Source: Candidatus Poseidoniaceae archaeon (lineage in GTDB: Archaea > Thermoplasmatota > Poseidoniia > Poseidoniales > Poseidoniaceae). From it: 64,000 nt of DNA. Location of the stretch: assembly GCA_049606035.1 (NCBI GenBank), contig JBMYVD010000005.1:2388-66387 (forward strand), given 5' to 3'. The position numbers and the translations under genes were made by a program. Of this stretch, positions 18,901 through 33,452 are shown piece by piece. The first letter of the stretch is position 1. Each line of letters opens with the position of its first letter. The notes beneath the pieces are model-generated. The model worked only from the letters and a program-made list of their open reading frames with translations. It made no database searches and was not told where the DNA came from.

Positions 18901-20093
18901 AGCATTATGTGTCTCTTGTAGTTATAGACGAAAATGGTCAAGAAAGCGAAACAAGGCAACTTGGAATCAGAGTCTTGAATCCGAAACCGATCGTTTCCGT
19001 GAAGATTTTTGATGTATGGTACAAAGATGAGTTGGTCACAGCAACCACACCTATTCCAGAGGGTGCATCATTCGAGTATTCTCACACCTTTGACGATGAT
19101 GAAAACGTAGTAACTACTCCAGGCCAAATTTTGTATTTCGATTCAATTGGAACTAGAGATGGCGATCGAGTGTTCGAAGGTAGATTCGTACCTCTTGAGT
19201 CGAATAGCACCGATTGGAATGGTATTGTGGAGTATTCTTGGGACTTTGGCGATGCTACTCCAATATCACACGAACCTATGCCATGGCATTCATTTGAAAG
19301 ACCAGGCACTTACAAGGTAACATTGACAGTTAGAGATTCATATCTAACTGGGGATGTGACTAGAGAAACTTTCACCGTGATTGTAAACGAGCCGCCAGTT
19401 ATTGGCGAATTTGACATTCCAGACACAATTTACGTTGGTGAATCAGTGGCCCTTGCTGTTAATGTCACAGATTCAGAAGATTCTGCAGATTACGTTGTAT
19501 GGCGAGATTTAGACGTAAATGACGGGCTTCACACAGATCGAGATGAAAGAATATCCTCCACAATTGTAGTCATGTGGGAAAGCGACCTTGAGGTTGACGC
19601 TGATGAAAACGGGGACGCTACAGATGACTGGATTACTCCATCTGGCGCAGATGGAGTAAGAGTTGCTGCCAGTTGGGACGAAGTTGGAATCAAGATGGTC
19701 AGAGTTTCAGTTTGTGATGGAATGGGTGTTTGTGTAACAAAGGATACTGAAGTCACAGTTCTAGCAGAAAAGGCAGCAGAACCCAGTCTTTCCGACTTCT
19801 CTCTACAAGATTGGCAGGAATGGTTTGTGGATGCTAGCGGTGAATCATTCATGGTACTAGCACTAATTGTCGCTGTCCTAATTCTTGGTTGGGCTGTTAT
19901 GAGAAGCCCGACTGAAATCGAAGAGGAAGCAGAACAAGCTGCTGCAACATACGAAGTCGATGAAGTACAGTCCTATGGAGGCGTCCTAGGCATGGACCAA
20001 CACACTCCTCCTCCTGCGCCTGGTATTTTATCCAAAGAAGAACGCAGGAGTGGATCTTCTGGATACGTAAGGCCTCTAAGAAGAAGACGCTGA
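15915..20093 (+). CDS. Large extracellular gluzincin metalloprotease with multiple PKD-like domains, C-terminal TM anchor
   Basis: The 1392-aa ORF has a signal peptide. ILAHELQHLMH...WIDEGAADMA gives the HExxH plus downstream Glu pattern. At least five PKD-type repeats are present (WTFDDGNSS, WDWGDGN, WKFSDGT, WDFGDATP contexts). A TM helix (FMVLALIVAVLILGWAV) is followed by a basic tail. An SD-like GGAGG sits about 8 nt upstream of the ATG. Confidence 0.8.
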   Translation: MSEHCSNRAFSILLVFLVSIASPLASAEPQESVANQVIEFSPVFADINDFEPLDSHPYMLPESDELLYSATRMMKNEWISQGLPGVDIATSPQSMTSGRACTPYNEGDTATVPTSGGSIDVTVEKTTSTAAFMVQSGRTLSSTVLNNWASTWDTTVYPTLMTYFGKDYFDGRGIAAPDVDNNCQIEVVIYAIDGAYNIGGYFAPGMSASREAIFIDIDDAPLSWSRVILAHELQHLMHNALDPYENLWIDEGAADMAAFLCFGGSSTLYGHVNAWTSASELSVRWWNQRPADYGGGFIFLLYLADHLGGGPAIRKLVQDSSTGALGIEDLARNPIDATPGVIGRDFIDIWTNFTIAATLDSDQGVYGMSNLFLSPACGSSDFCRIQPADTNSNWLGPWSSTGNAIEGWGVRVFKFTPGSAAPAPLTMRFTGDVPGMDGVIMSRAAADGIYTRSDINFNGAVGTALVPGFGNITDEIYAITWYASNQGDCDYTSCGSSYPTGTIDVEAARITSPATMSLNSTILSDRDGDTSVDTAEIEFNILSNAFFEDLDVEVQVKNASGVVLDTIETRVQAGGGVDVSTKFWYTAKTTEVHTFHLTMTDMLGDVIDTVQTGAQFLDNMMPVSNSTINPTEVQTWDNILFSGDGFDAWGLSLANNTLPYMDEPVAYAWTFDDGNSSSLKSPVRSYLDVGRYNVSLKIMDQGGTWSDADVKTINVSDDSAPIPVISMNGMVLTDNLSILTGQIIQFSAERTTDNVPLSHLEFTWDWGDGNLEGGKGVTSAYHMWEDGLTAVTSYNLSLTVSDGVNSATETIEIIVNNRAPGQIFTDTVVTETFTATMLPDVFEDVDGEIVAWNWVFEESVNLDGGIVDRTNLFVDLLSTEQNPMVAWSTPGIKNVNITVTDNDGAQSVSQLRVQVLNQLPVAQFEVRDSSSAGSPVIDFRIEDANMDVPYTFNGRDSYDPDGLVGDSTDLTFMWKFSDGTMSNESLVTHNFSTPGEHYVSLVVIDENGQESETRQLGIRVLNPKPIVSVKIFDVWYKDELVTATTPIPEGASFEYSHTFDDDENVVTTPGQILYFDSIGTRDGDRVFEGRFVPLESNSTDWNGIVEYSWDFGDATPISHEPMPWHSFERPGTYKVTLTVRDSYLTGDVTRETFTVIVNEPPVIGEFDIPDTIYVGESVALAVNVTDSEDSADYVVWRDLDVNDGLHTDRDERISSTIVVMWESDLEVDADENGDATDDWITPSGADGVRVAASWDEVGIKMVRVSVCDGMGVCVTKDTEVTVLAEKAAEPSLSDFSLQDWQEWFVDASGESFMVLALIVAVLILGWAVMRSPTEIEEEAEQAAATYEVDEVQSYGGVLGMDQHTPPPAPGILSKEERRSGSSGYVRPLRRRR

Positions 20094-20142
20094 AGGGAAA
20101 ACCGATTAACCCTCACAATTTTCATTCGAGACAAGGGGGGAA

Positions 20143-21138
20143 TTGATTTTGGGTTCAAGGACTACCATTTTCGTGATGTTCCTGTTCATAACCCCAATGT
20201 TGATTGTAACGGACATATCTCCTGTTCAACGTGTATCGGCTGCCTCGAACTGCGATAATGGAGACTGGGTCACCCCTAAATGGAATACTACCGTTGAACG
20301 TTTGGCTAAAGTACCAAACATCTACACTCCAGAATTCGATTATGAGGAAAGGCGGGGGAGAGATGACGATGAAGGTGAAAATGTTGAGCCTACAAAATTC
20401 GAGGATTATGATGGTCCCGAGGAGGAATGGATGACATGGGAGCCCGACAACAATCTCAGATTGTTAAGAGATGATTTCCAAGCCACTATGCTGATCGGAG
20501 ATAATGCAATTGGAACCTTGAGGGTAAACCTGGACTATGAGCGTAGGACAACAATTTGTGTCACTATTGAATCTACAAATAGTTCAGTCGACCCACTCGC
20601 AGATGTATACTTGATGACAACCTCTCAGTATGACCGATATACCACTGCATATGATATTTCAAATGGATATTTTTGGCTGAAAGAGGATAGAGATGATGAT
20701 GACCCCACAAGTGATGTTCCTCCTGAGTGGAGGAGTTTTACTGTAGTGGGATGGCATTCTTTCAGAGACTCCCATCAATATGAAAATGTGGATGAGGTTT
20801 CATTTTCAATCTCTCTAGATGGTCCCGCGATGAGTAGTAGTTTATTCGGAGAAACCACCAATCAGTACTTCAACATCGTCGTTGATAATACCAACAACTC
20901 TCACAGCAATGACGCGGTCCCTGAAACAAGCATTGCTGCCTATGTATCCGTAGTCTCTGAGCCGAGGTCAACAGTACTTCCAAATTGGACAGTATCCTTG
21001 GTGTGCTGTGGTTTGATGATGGCAATCTTGGCAGTACCATTGATAATGAATAGAAGGTACATGAGTTCGGGACTTAGCCTAACCCAGGAAGGTCAGCAGT
21101 TAGAGAAGGGACTCGTTCCGACTCTAGAGCAAGAATAG
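20143..21138 (+). CDS. Anchored extracellular protein, unknown function
   Basis: The start is TTG preceded by a GGGGGG SD-like run. The protein has an N-terminal hydrophobic signal, an acidic ectodomain and a C-terminal TM helix (VSLVCCGLMMAILAVPLIM). Confidence 0.5.
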   Translation: MILGSRTTIFVMFLFITPMLIVTDISPVQRVSAASNCDNGDWVTPKWNTTVERLAKVPNIYTPEFDYEERRGRDDDEGENVEPTKFEDYDGPEEEWMTWEPDNNLRLLRDDFQATMLIGDNAIGTLRVNLDYERRTTICVTIESTNSSVDPLADVYLMTTSQYDRYTTAYDISNGYFWLKEDRDDDDPTSDVPPEWRSFTVVGWHSFRDSHQYENVDEVSFSISLDGPAMSSSLFGETTNQYFNIVVDNTNNSHSNDAVPETSIAAYVSVVSEPRSTVLPNWTVSLVCCGLMMAILAVPLIMNRRYMSSGLSLTQEGQQLEKGLVPTLEQE

Positions 21139-21139
21139 T

Positions 21140-21934
21140 TCAGTATTCCAATAGAGACCAAGCATCTCTTAAGTCACGAACATTCACTAGGCCTTTGTCA
21201 GAAATTCTGAATTCATTTCTCATTGTTGCATAAACTAGACTTTGGTCGAGAATTGGTGCGTGAAGTCTTGTCCAGTCTCCTCCACTGCTAGTTGCCATCA
21301 GGCTGTGATTCAATCCTTCACCAGTCAATTCTGTTGCTGCCTCGATGATTTGTAGTGCGTCATCGTGGTTATTTGCAGTTCCACAGAACTTTACGATATC
21401 TCCTGCACCTTGGTTGTCTCTAACGATTGATGCGATTGTAGATGCGTCTGGAGTACCGTTTATGTCATGGACGGATGCGATGATTTGGCACCCGTTTTCC
21501 CTCGCAGCATCAGCTAACTTGCTGCGAGTTGAATCGTCTATGGATAATTCCAAGTCAATCCATGATACCTTGGATTCAATGGCTTTTTCCAGAATTGATA
21601 TCCTTTCTGATTCAACACCAGGGAAGAAACCTCCTTCTGAAACAGGCCTCACTGTGAAAATCACAGGTAGTGGCAATCCCTCTTTCAGGGATGAGATGGC
21701 TGCGTCAACATCTACTTCAGACATATCTACTGTGTCCCAATCATTTTCTGGTGGCAATTCGACCTTATCTCCTTCTTCTTCGTCTGAGATGGTTGGGTCA
21801 GGTTTTACGAGGTACAACCTATCGAATCTAACTTCGACCATATCTGCGCCTGCTAGGTTTGCACGTGCAGCTTCATCAGTCATTTCTTCGACGGTAGTGC
21901 CATCTAGTGCAACACATACTTTCGGGTCAGCCAT
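21140..21934 (-). CDS. aroD: 3-dehydroquinate dehydratase, type I
   Basis: Supporting motifs are MVEVRFD, IIASVHDINGTP (catalytic His context) and GDIVKFCGTA (Schiff-base Lys context). Confidence 0.85.
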   Translation of the reverse strand: MADPKVCVALDGTTVEEMTDEAARANLAGADMVEVRFDRLYLVKPDPTISDEEEGDKVELPPENDWDTVDMSEVDVDAAISSLKEGLPLPVIFTVRPVSEGGFFPGVESERISILEKAIESKVSWIDLELSIDDSTRSKLADAARENGCQIIASVHDINGTPDASTIASIVRDNQGAGDIVKFCGTANNHDDALQIIEAATELTGEGLNHSLMATSSGGDWTRLHAPILDQSLVYATMRNEFRISDKGLVNVRDLRDAWSLLEY

Positions 21935-26988
<5,054 letters not shown>

Positions 26989-27058
26989 CCAATTTTCCGA
27001 CGGTTTCAAACGCTAACCGCATTTGTAGCGGAGCAAGCGAGCCTCTGAGGGTGATAAA

Positions 27059-28312
27059 ATGGATGAACAAAATCTAATCTATGACTGGAATGTTGTTGAC
27101 TATGAATATTCAAGAAACCCAGCCAACCATCCTCATGGAGTATGGTTCGATGATGAAACCTTGAGAGATGGTTTACAGAGCCCTAGCGCATTGAACCCTT
27201 CAATCGATCAGAAGATCGAATTACTCACCTACATGGAAAAACTAGGGATTCAGAAAGTGGACCTAGGGTTGCCTGGCGCTGGACCGTTCCACAGAGAACA
27301 CATTGATGCAATGCTGACTCACATCAAAGCAAATGACTTCCAAATACGCCCAGGTGCAGCGGTTAGAACCTTGATGAATGATATTGAACCCCTAGTCGAA
27401 ATGCAAGCAAAGCATGAGATGGAAATCCAAGCAAGTGCGTTCCTAGGGACAAGTCCAATTCGTCAATTTACTGAAGGTTGGACAATGGAAAAACTAGTTT
27501 CTACTATGGAAAAAGCGGTTTCATACGCAGTTGACAACGATATTCCTGTTATGTTTGTAACAGAAGATACAACACGCTCAAAACCAGAGGATGTCAAACT
27601 GATTTATCAGAGGGCTATGGAGTTAGGTGTTCGAAGGTTGTGCATCTGCGATACATGTGGTCACGTAACTCCTAACGGTGTGAAGCAGTTACTGTCTTTC
27701 ATCGATGAAGAAGTAATCAAAGACGCAGGGTACAAACGCAGCGACATTGAGGTTAATTGGCACGGTCACCAAGACAGAGGTCTTGGAGTGGCAAATAATC
27801 TAGCAGCTGTTGAAGCAGGGGCGGATGTTGTTCATGGTACTGCACTAGGGGTTGGAGAAAGGGCTGGAAATGCTCCCTTGGACCAAACTCTAGTCAATTT
27901 GTCACTAATGGGTGTTATCAACAACGATCTATCTTTACTAAGTGAGTACGTTCAAAAAGCGAATGAATACATCCAGGTTCCTTTGCCTAGAAACTACCCG
28001 GTTTTCGGCCAGGATGCATTTGAAACCGGTACCGGTGTTCACGCAAGCGCTGTAATCAAAGCGATTCGAAAAGGAGACATGTGGCTTGCTGACAGGGTCT
28101 ACAGCGGTGTTCCAGCAGGCGATTTCGGTCTAGAGCAAGTAATCAGAATAGGCCACATGTCTGGTCGCTCGAATATCATTCACTGGTTAGAGAGCAACGG
28201 TATGGAAGCAACTGACGAACTGGTAAGCCACCTATTTGAGGTTGCAAAAAGCCAACCAAGAAACATGGAAGAGCATGAAATTAGGGAAGCAATCGCTGCT
28301 TTCCAGGCCTGA
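27059..28312 (+). CDS. HMGL-like family enzyme (2-isopropylmalate / citramalate / homocitrate synthase-like)
   Basis: Supporting motifs are the DETLRDGLQSP active-site block, CDTCGHVTP and HGHQDRGLGVAN. The protein is 417 aa without the LeuA regulatory domain. I cannot assign substrate specificity by eye. Confidence 0.75.
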   Translation: MDEQNLIYDWNVVDYEYSRNPANHPHGVWFDDETLRDGLQSPSALNPSIDQKIELLTYMEKLGIQKVDLGLPGAGPFHREHIDAMLTHIKANDFQIRPGAAVRTLMNDIEPLVEMQAKHEMEIQASAFLGTSPIRQFTEGWTMEKLVSTMEKAVSYAVDNDIPVMFVTEDTTRSKPEDVKLIYQRAMELGVRRLCICDTCGHVTPNGVKQLLSFIDEEVIKDAGYKRSDIEVNWHGHQDRGLGVANNLAAVEAGADVVHGTALGVGERAGNAPLDQTLVNLSLMGVINNDLSLLSEYVQKANEYIQVPLPRNYPVFGQDAFETGTGVHASAVIKAIRKGDMWLADRVYSGVPAGDFGLEQVIRIGHMSGRSNIIHWLESNGMEATDELVSHLFEVAKSQPRNMEEHEIREAIAAFQA

Positions 28313-29605
28313 TTAGGCAGCTTCTTCTTGTTCAGTGTCTTCAGCGTTGATTTGTTTCCACTCAGCATCAACTGAGCCACCGGACCATTCGCCTTCAACT
28401 TCGATTTCGACCATTTCGTCTTCTTCTCGCCAAATAGCTTCACCTTGGCTACCATTTACAATCAGCATGCCTCTGTCGTCCATTTGGGTCTTTAAGAGTT
28501 CAATGTGTTTTGTAACCGGAAGGAAATGTCCCACAGGATTACCGGCTGTCACGAACGGGTTGGTTGCGGTGCAAATCATCAAACCATCTTCTGGTGCTAC
28601 GATGTCTACAGATAATCCTGGGCTTCCAGGGTCTGAAATCGTTGCAATGACGTCTCCTTTTGTCACAATGCTGCCTGGCCCAACAAACATGTCGAGAAGA
28701 CCTCCTTCTCCAGCGCGTAGCCAAGTCGATCCTCCCGCATTCAACCTGAATCTTGGCCTTGTCGGATTTTTTGGAATGACTTTGAGTGATTTCAGTACGT
28801 TAAGACAACCTTCAACAGCAACCTTAACAGCCACCTGGTCTAACTGATTTGCTTCTCCACCCTCGTAGGTTACAGCAGCAATATCCATTCCATTCGCAAC
28901 ACGTCTCAAACTACCTTTTGGAGGTCTGCTGTCGAGGACAACTTCTATCCCGAAGGCCTTTGCTAAAAGGTAGGATTCTGGATGAGATAGGTCTCCTCTA
29001 ATTTGAGGCATATTGGACCTACCAACCGCAGCGCTGTGAAGGTCGATAATTACATCAGAATCATCTATCAAATTCTTTTTGACAGTGCTAGCAACTCTGG
29101 AGGTAGTACTACCTTTAGATAGGCCGGGAAACGCTCTATTGAGGTCTCTTCCATCAGGAAAATATCTGGACTTTGAACGATAACCTGGCAAGTTTATGAC
29201 AGGAACAATCCTAACTGTACCAGCCATTGATTGCGGGTCTAATTCCCCACCCGGTTCAGTGAACTTTGAAGATAGTAAGTTTGTGCAAGCACTTGGCCCA
29301 GTTAACTCATCACCGTGGGTTGCTCCTATTATTGTAATCACTGGCCCCGGTCTAACCCCATGGAAAATTGTAACAGGAATTGGCCACGAATCTCCCATGT
29401 CCACATCAAGTAGTGGCATCATGATGGTCCTCATTTCTCCAGTTTTGATTCTCTTTCTTAGGAATCTGATATCATTCCAATCAGAAGCTCTGTCCCAGTC
29501 TGGTCTCGCTTCTGACTCGTGCTCATCGAGCGCTTTTTTTATTGCCAGACGCCTAGTTTTAGGAAGTTCATTTGCGACTCTTACACGTCGCTTCTTCCCG
29601 GCCAT
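28313..29605 (-). CDS. Succinylglutamate desuccinylase/aspartoacylase (AstE/AspA, M14-like) family protein
   Basis: Supporting motifs are IIGATHGDELTGP, DLNRAFPG and IDLHSA. A barrel-like C-terminal region and an acidic tail follow. Confidence 0.7.
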   Translation of the reverse strand: MAGKKRRVRVANELPKTRRLAIKKALDEHESEARPDWDRASDWNDIRFLRKRIKTGEMRTIMMPLLDVDMGDSWPIPVTIFHGVRPGPVITIIGATHGDELTGPSACTNLLSSKFTEPGGELDPQSMAGTVRIVPVINLPGYRSKSRYFPDGRDLNRAFPGLSKGSTTSRVASTVKKNLIDDSDVIIDLHSAAVGRSNMPQIRGDLSHPESYLLAKAFGIEVVLDSRPPKGSLRRVANGMDIAAVTYEGGEANQLDQVAVKVAVEGCLNVLKSLKVIPKNPTRPRFRLNAGGSTWLRAGEGGLLDMFVGPGSIVTKGDVIATISDPGSPGLSVDIVAPEDGLMICTATNPFVTAGNPVGHFLPVTKHIELLKTQMDDRGMLIVNGSQGEAIWREEDEMVEIEVEGEWSGGSVDAEWKQINAEDTEQEEAA

Positions 29606-29681
29606 GCTAGTCCATCAAACGAGAGGACATCAAGATGATGGATGCGAATAGCAAATCAACCCCCTTTGATAGTGTACACAC

Positions 29682-30146
29682 ATGGAGCCGGGAGTTCAGC
29701 GCCAGTATGCGCCCACCTCGATTTGTTTTGGATGCGGGCCAGCAAACGAAAAGGGATTACAGATCGATTCTCATAGATGTTCTGAAGGCTTAGAACTCAG
29801 GTTTACTCCATCTGAAGAGCATCAAGCGTTCCCAGGTATGATCAATGGGGGGATTATTGGCAGTCTGCTTGATTGCCATGGTAATTGGGCTGCTGCAATC
29901 GCTTTGATGGATCAATCAGGGTTGGATGAACCACCTTGTACTGTAACCGCTACCTATTCTGTATCACTAAGGAGGCCAACTCCTGCAGGAGTAGAATTGC
30001 ATGTTCTAGCAGAAGTTGAAGAATTATTTGAGGATAGAGCGAAAATAAAGATGACACTCAAAGCAGAAGACAAGGTCTGTGCAACAGGTAGCGGTTTGTT
30101 TGTAGCGGTTAAGGAAGGCCATCCTGCTTACCATCGGTGGTCTTGA
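29682..30146 (+). CDS. Hotdog-fold (PaaI-like) thioesterase
   Basis: Supporting motifs are CFGCGPANEKGLQI and GGIIGSLLDCHG. The 154-aa size is typical of the family. Confidence 0.7.
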   Translation: MEPGVQRQYAPTSICFGCGPANEKGLQIDSHRCSEGLELRFTPSEEHQAFPGMINGGIIGSLLDCHGNWAAAIALMDQSGLDEPPCTVTATYSVSLRRPTPAGVELHVLAEVEELFEDRAKIKMTLKAEDKVCATGSGLFVAVKEGHPAYHRWS

Positions 30147-30686
30147 ATGGTCAAACCAAACAACGATCAATTGAGAGAATTGACAGAATTACGTAAGTTT
30201 GTAATTGAAGTCATGACATCGATGGGTGTTTGGAGTGAAGAACTACTTACTAAGTTGACTAATATCGATTTAGGAGTGTTGAGGAAAAATGCTACACAAC
30301 GTCATGGGGTAACGAGATGGCGCCAAGGAATTAGAAATCCTACAATGCCAGAAGAAGTCAAAGTTATCGAATTGCATCCAAGACTACTTTCCTCTGAATG
30401 GAAACCGTATGCTGCTTGGGTTTTGCATCACGAATTCGTCCATGCTCTAGGTTACACCGCTCATGACTCGACATTCCGTTCACTAGAGCGATTGTGGCCT
30501 AGCAAAGAGGCTTCCACTATGGGAGTGAAATTCACAGAATCACTACGAAAAGAGAAAGCAAAGTGGTTATGGGTTTGTGATAAATGCAAGAAAGAATACC
30601 CTCGCCAAAAGAAAGCAATGGGGAAATACATGTGTAAATCCTGCAGACAGGTTTTACGAGATGTGCCCATAAATGCGTCACAGTGA
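30147..30686 (+). CDS. SprT-like zinc metalloprotease with C-terminal zinc ribbon
   Basis: LHHEFVHALG provides the HExxH motif. The C-terminal CDKC...CKSC ribbon sits in the SprT arrangement. The ATG immediately follows the TGA of the thioesterase gene. Confidence 0.6.
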   Translation: MVKPNNDQLRELTELRKFVIEVMTSMGVWSEELLTKLTNIDLGVLRKNATQRHGVTRWRQGIRNPTMPEEVKVIELHPRLLSSEWKPYAAWVLHHEFVHALGYTAHDSTFRSLERLWPSKEASTMGVKFTESLRKEKAKWLWVCDKCKKEYPRQKKAMGKYMCKSCRQVLRDVPINASQ

Positions 30687-30712
30687 TTAGTACACCACTT
30701 AGACAACATAAC

Positions 30713-32731
30713 ATGCGGAGCAAAGTTACAGTCTTGCTCCTGCTTATTCTTTGCATCCCAAATGTCAGTGCAGCCATTGATTCAGAGGATGATGGTGGGG
30801 AACTTTGGTTCTCATGTAACGACATCAACGATTGCTCTCTAACTGAATTTCATACTGGGGAAGAGAGTATTAGTGGTAGTGTGAACTCTGCTACTCCATT
30901 CTCTCCGTCAACTGTTTTTATTGAATTACCAATGACTCCTTCACAAACTGAAATCGCATTAATCCCTCAAGAGATCGATGAATTGCAGATTGATTTACGC
31001 TACCAAGATGACATTGTTGGTATTTCTCGACCGGACTTGGAAGTAACTATCATCATTGCACAGTCTACGACTGTAATCGAATTCCAAGGTGATTCTAATC
31101 CTGCAGATGGTATGCAGGGTGCGTATAAGGTAAACGATGAGCCACTGAATCTTGCTGGTGACCGACTATTGTGGGCAGGGGAAGAAATCAGAATTTTACT
31201 ACAGTTTGAAGTCGAGAGACCAGGGACTTGGCAATTGAATCTTAGGGGTTCTTCTTACATGTTCCTAGACATAATTTGGTCAGAAGATGCCGATTCTCGA
31301 GATGTCGATGAACCATCTTCATATGCATCTCCTCGCAAAACAGAACTGGATACAGTTCACTATGGTGCGTTGGTGGAAGACGATTGGGATTGCTGGTCTT
31401 TCGATGTGGAAAATCACGAAATAATGACTATAACAATCGAGTGGGAAGAGGTACCATCCGAGATAGAACAGAATCATGGTAGGCCCGATCTGATTTTACC
31501 GGATAACCGTCTTGCTCCTGCGCCGGAATTAGAAACAGAAGTAGTAAACGGCGTAACAAAGAGTACATGGAAGTGGAGAGCATTACCTGTTGGAGAGTAC
31601 GATTTCTGTATCGGCGGTAAACTGAATTCGTTCCAGCCCTACAAATGGATCGGATTAATCGCATTCGAGAGCTTGGGCCCAACATCTCCCGATGGATTTG
31701 ATTATTCTTCATGGGAATGGGAAGGTTATGGAATGAAGGCTGACCAATATGGGTCAGTAGAATTGGATGGAACATCCGGAGTTATGGTTCTAGTCCTATC
31801 ATTCGCTATTTTGCTTGGTCTGGTAATTGAACTGAGGGCTGAAACAACATCCCGAGCGGTAAGATTCGGCATTTTTGTTCCCGGTGTTCTTGTTTTATTC
31901 CTAAGTGGAATAGTTTCGCCAATGTGGGCTATAGCAGGAGAAATGCCATCATCAGATGAGATGACTCTAGATGATTTAATTGAAAATCGCTTAGACCAAA
32001 TTTGGCACGCATCTCACCCTAATGCTCCAGCCTCTTCGAAAGCTTTGCACGTTGGTTCAACATTCGGTATGTTGGATGGAGAGACGCTGTCTTTGAGATT
32101 GGTTGCTGATTCTGCTTGGCCTTTGGACGATGGAAGATGGCAACTCCACATTCCAGAATTTTATGAGTTAGATTTTGAATCAAAGATTTTTGCAAAGGTT
32201 GCAGAAAAATCAGAAACAAGTCCAGTGGATGATTTACTTGATTCTCATTCACGTTCGTTCATTCTTCTAGCAGCAAGAACCTTGATGTTGGATATACTAA
32301 TGCTTGAGGCCTTGCTTGTTGTTGATGATTTACCCACTTCAAATGTTATTCATTTTGAAACAGAAATGGTCGAATCTAGAAAACTTGGTTCGATTCAGGA
32401 ACCTGCGTGGGGTACAAGGCCATCAGACGTACCTGAGGGAAGGTGGAGGCTTATGCAGGAAAACCTCTATCCAAACTTAGTCTCAATAGTTTTGCTGGAT
32501 GGGATTAAGGATGATTTAGAATTCAGGATTAAGATAGATAATGAAATAAGTCACAGTTTGATGTATTCCTCAAATTCAGTGAAACCATCAGAACCACTGC
32601 TTGAATCACAATACGTTTGGGTAATTGCAGGAATTGCCCTGATATTGCTAGGTATTGGAATTGAAAATAAACGCAGAACTAATGCGAAGAATATTCTAAA
32701 CCAGTTTGCTTTAGAAAACAAATGGGATTAA
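30713..32731 (+). CDS. Large secreted/membrane protein, unknown function
   Basis: This is ORF 30683-32731 with the start moved to ATG 30713, since MRSKVTVLLLLILCIPNVSAA is a clean signal peptide. The protein has central TM helices and a C-terminal TM helix. Confidence 0.5.
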   Translation: MRSKVTVLLLLILCIPNVSAAIDSEDDGGELWFSCNDINDCSLTEFHTGEESISGSVNSATPFSPSTVFIELPMTPSQTEIALIPQEIDELQIDLRYQDDIVGISRPDLEVTIIIAQSTTVIEFQGDSNPADGMQGAYKVNDEPLNLAGDRLLWAGEEIRILLQFEVERPGTWQLNLRGSSYMFLDIIWSEDADSRDVDEPSSYASPRKTELDTVHYGALVEDDWDCWSFDVENHEIMTITIEWEEVPSEIEQNHGRPDLILPDNRLAPAPELETEVVNGVTKSTWKWRALPVGEYDFCIGGKLNSFQPYKWIGLIAFESLGPTSPDGFDYSSWEWEGYGMKADQYGSVELDGTSGVMVLVLSFAILLGLVIELRAETTSRAVRFGIFVPGVLVLFLSGIVSPMWAIAGEMPSSDEMTLDDLIENRLDQIWHASHPNAPASSKALHVGSTFGMLDGETLSLRLVADSAWPLDDGRWQLHIPEFYELDFESKIFAKVAEKSETSPVDDLLDSHSRSFILLAARTLMLDILMLEALLVVDDLPTSNVIHFETEMVESRKLGSIQEPAWGTRPSDVPEGRWRLMQENLYPNLVSIVLLDGIKDDLEFRIKIDNEISHSLMYSSNSVKPSEPLLESQYVWVIAGIALILLGIGIENKRRTNAKNILNQFALENKWD

Positions 32732-33384
32732 TCATCTAAACTCTTGAGAATCTTTTCGACCTCTTCAGTGATTTCACCACTTTCTAGTGCCTTGTTTAAT
32801 TTGTTCTTCTTTGCCTTAGATAGTCCTTCAGCAGCATTCACGATCATTACTTTCTCATCATCTGTGACCTTGCCATCAGCAAGAGCGGACTTTATTGCAC
32901 TCTTTACAGCCATCTTTGCAGCGTCTTCATCACTTATTCCCAGGGCGGTTTGAATCGCCTTCAATTCTTCAAGTTCCTTGTCAGTAATCACACCATCAGC
33001 GAAAGCGTTCTCATATTCTTTGACTAGGAACTCTGTATAGGCATCAGGGTTTAGGATAACATCTCTGATTAAACCATAATCGATGCTGCCTTGTTTTGAG
33101 CCCATCTCCAGCAAAACAATCGACTTTCTGACTTCCTTAATTGCCATGTCTTTCAATCCATGCGCTGCCCAAATTATACCTGAAACCGTAACCGCTGCTG
33201 CGAACCATCTCATTACATCAGGGTCTACAAGATTGCCAGGCGAAATTAACTGGAAAATTCCAATCATGGCCATCAGCGAGCCTGCTATGACTTCAAACCA
33301 GTCATTCAAATCCGCTTCATCATCGAATACTGAAAGTCTCTCGTCAACCAAAGCATCGTTGCTGCCCATGATGCACGCACGCAC
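32728..33384 (-). CDS. Membrane protein with TerB-like repeat region
   Basis: Two N-terminal TM helices are followed by tandem DG(V/K)(I/V)TD(K/D)E...L motifs (DGVITDKELEELKAIQ, DGKVTDDEKVMI), reminiscent of TerB/DjlA-type domains. Confidence 0.45.
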   Translation of the reverse strand: MRACIMGSNDALVDERLSVFDDEADLNDWFEVIAGSLMAMIGIFQLISPGNLVDPDVMRWFAAAVTVSGIIWAAHGLKDMAIKEVRKSIVLLEMGSKQGSIDYGLIRDVILNPDAYTEFLVKEYENAFADGVITDKELEELKAIQTALGISDEDAAKMAVKSAIKSALADGKVTDDEKVMIVNAAEGLSKAKKNKLNKALESGEITEEVEKILKSLDD

Positions 33385-33452
33385 AAAATAGGACTTAGCA
33401 GTGTCGGCTAATCAATCGCTTACCTTTTGGACTATTGACACTTCAAACAACC

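Noticed and set aside
17800-19500. PKD-domain region as a DNA tandem repeat
   Set aside because: The repetition is at the protein-domain level only. The nucleotide sequences of the repeats have diverged, and I saw no exact DNA repeats.
28335-28847. 170-aa plus-strand ORF
   Set aside because: It is antisense to the AstE/AspA-family gene and has no motifs.
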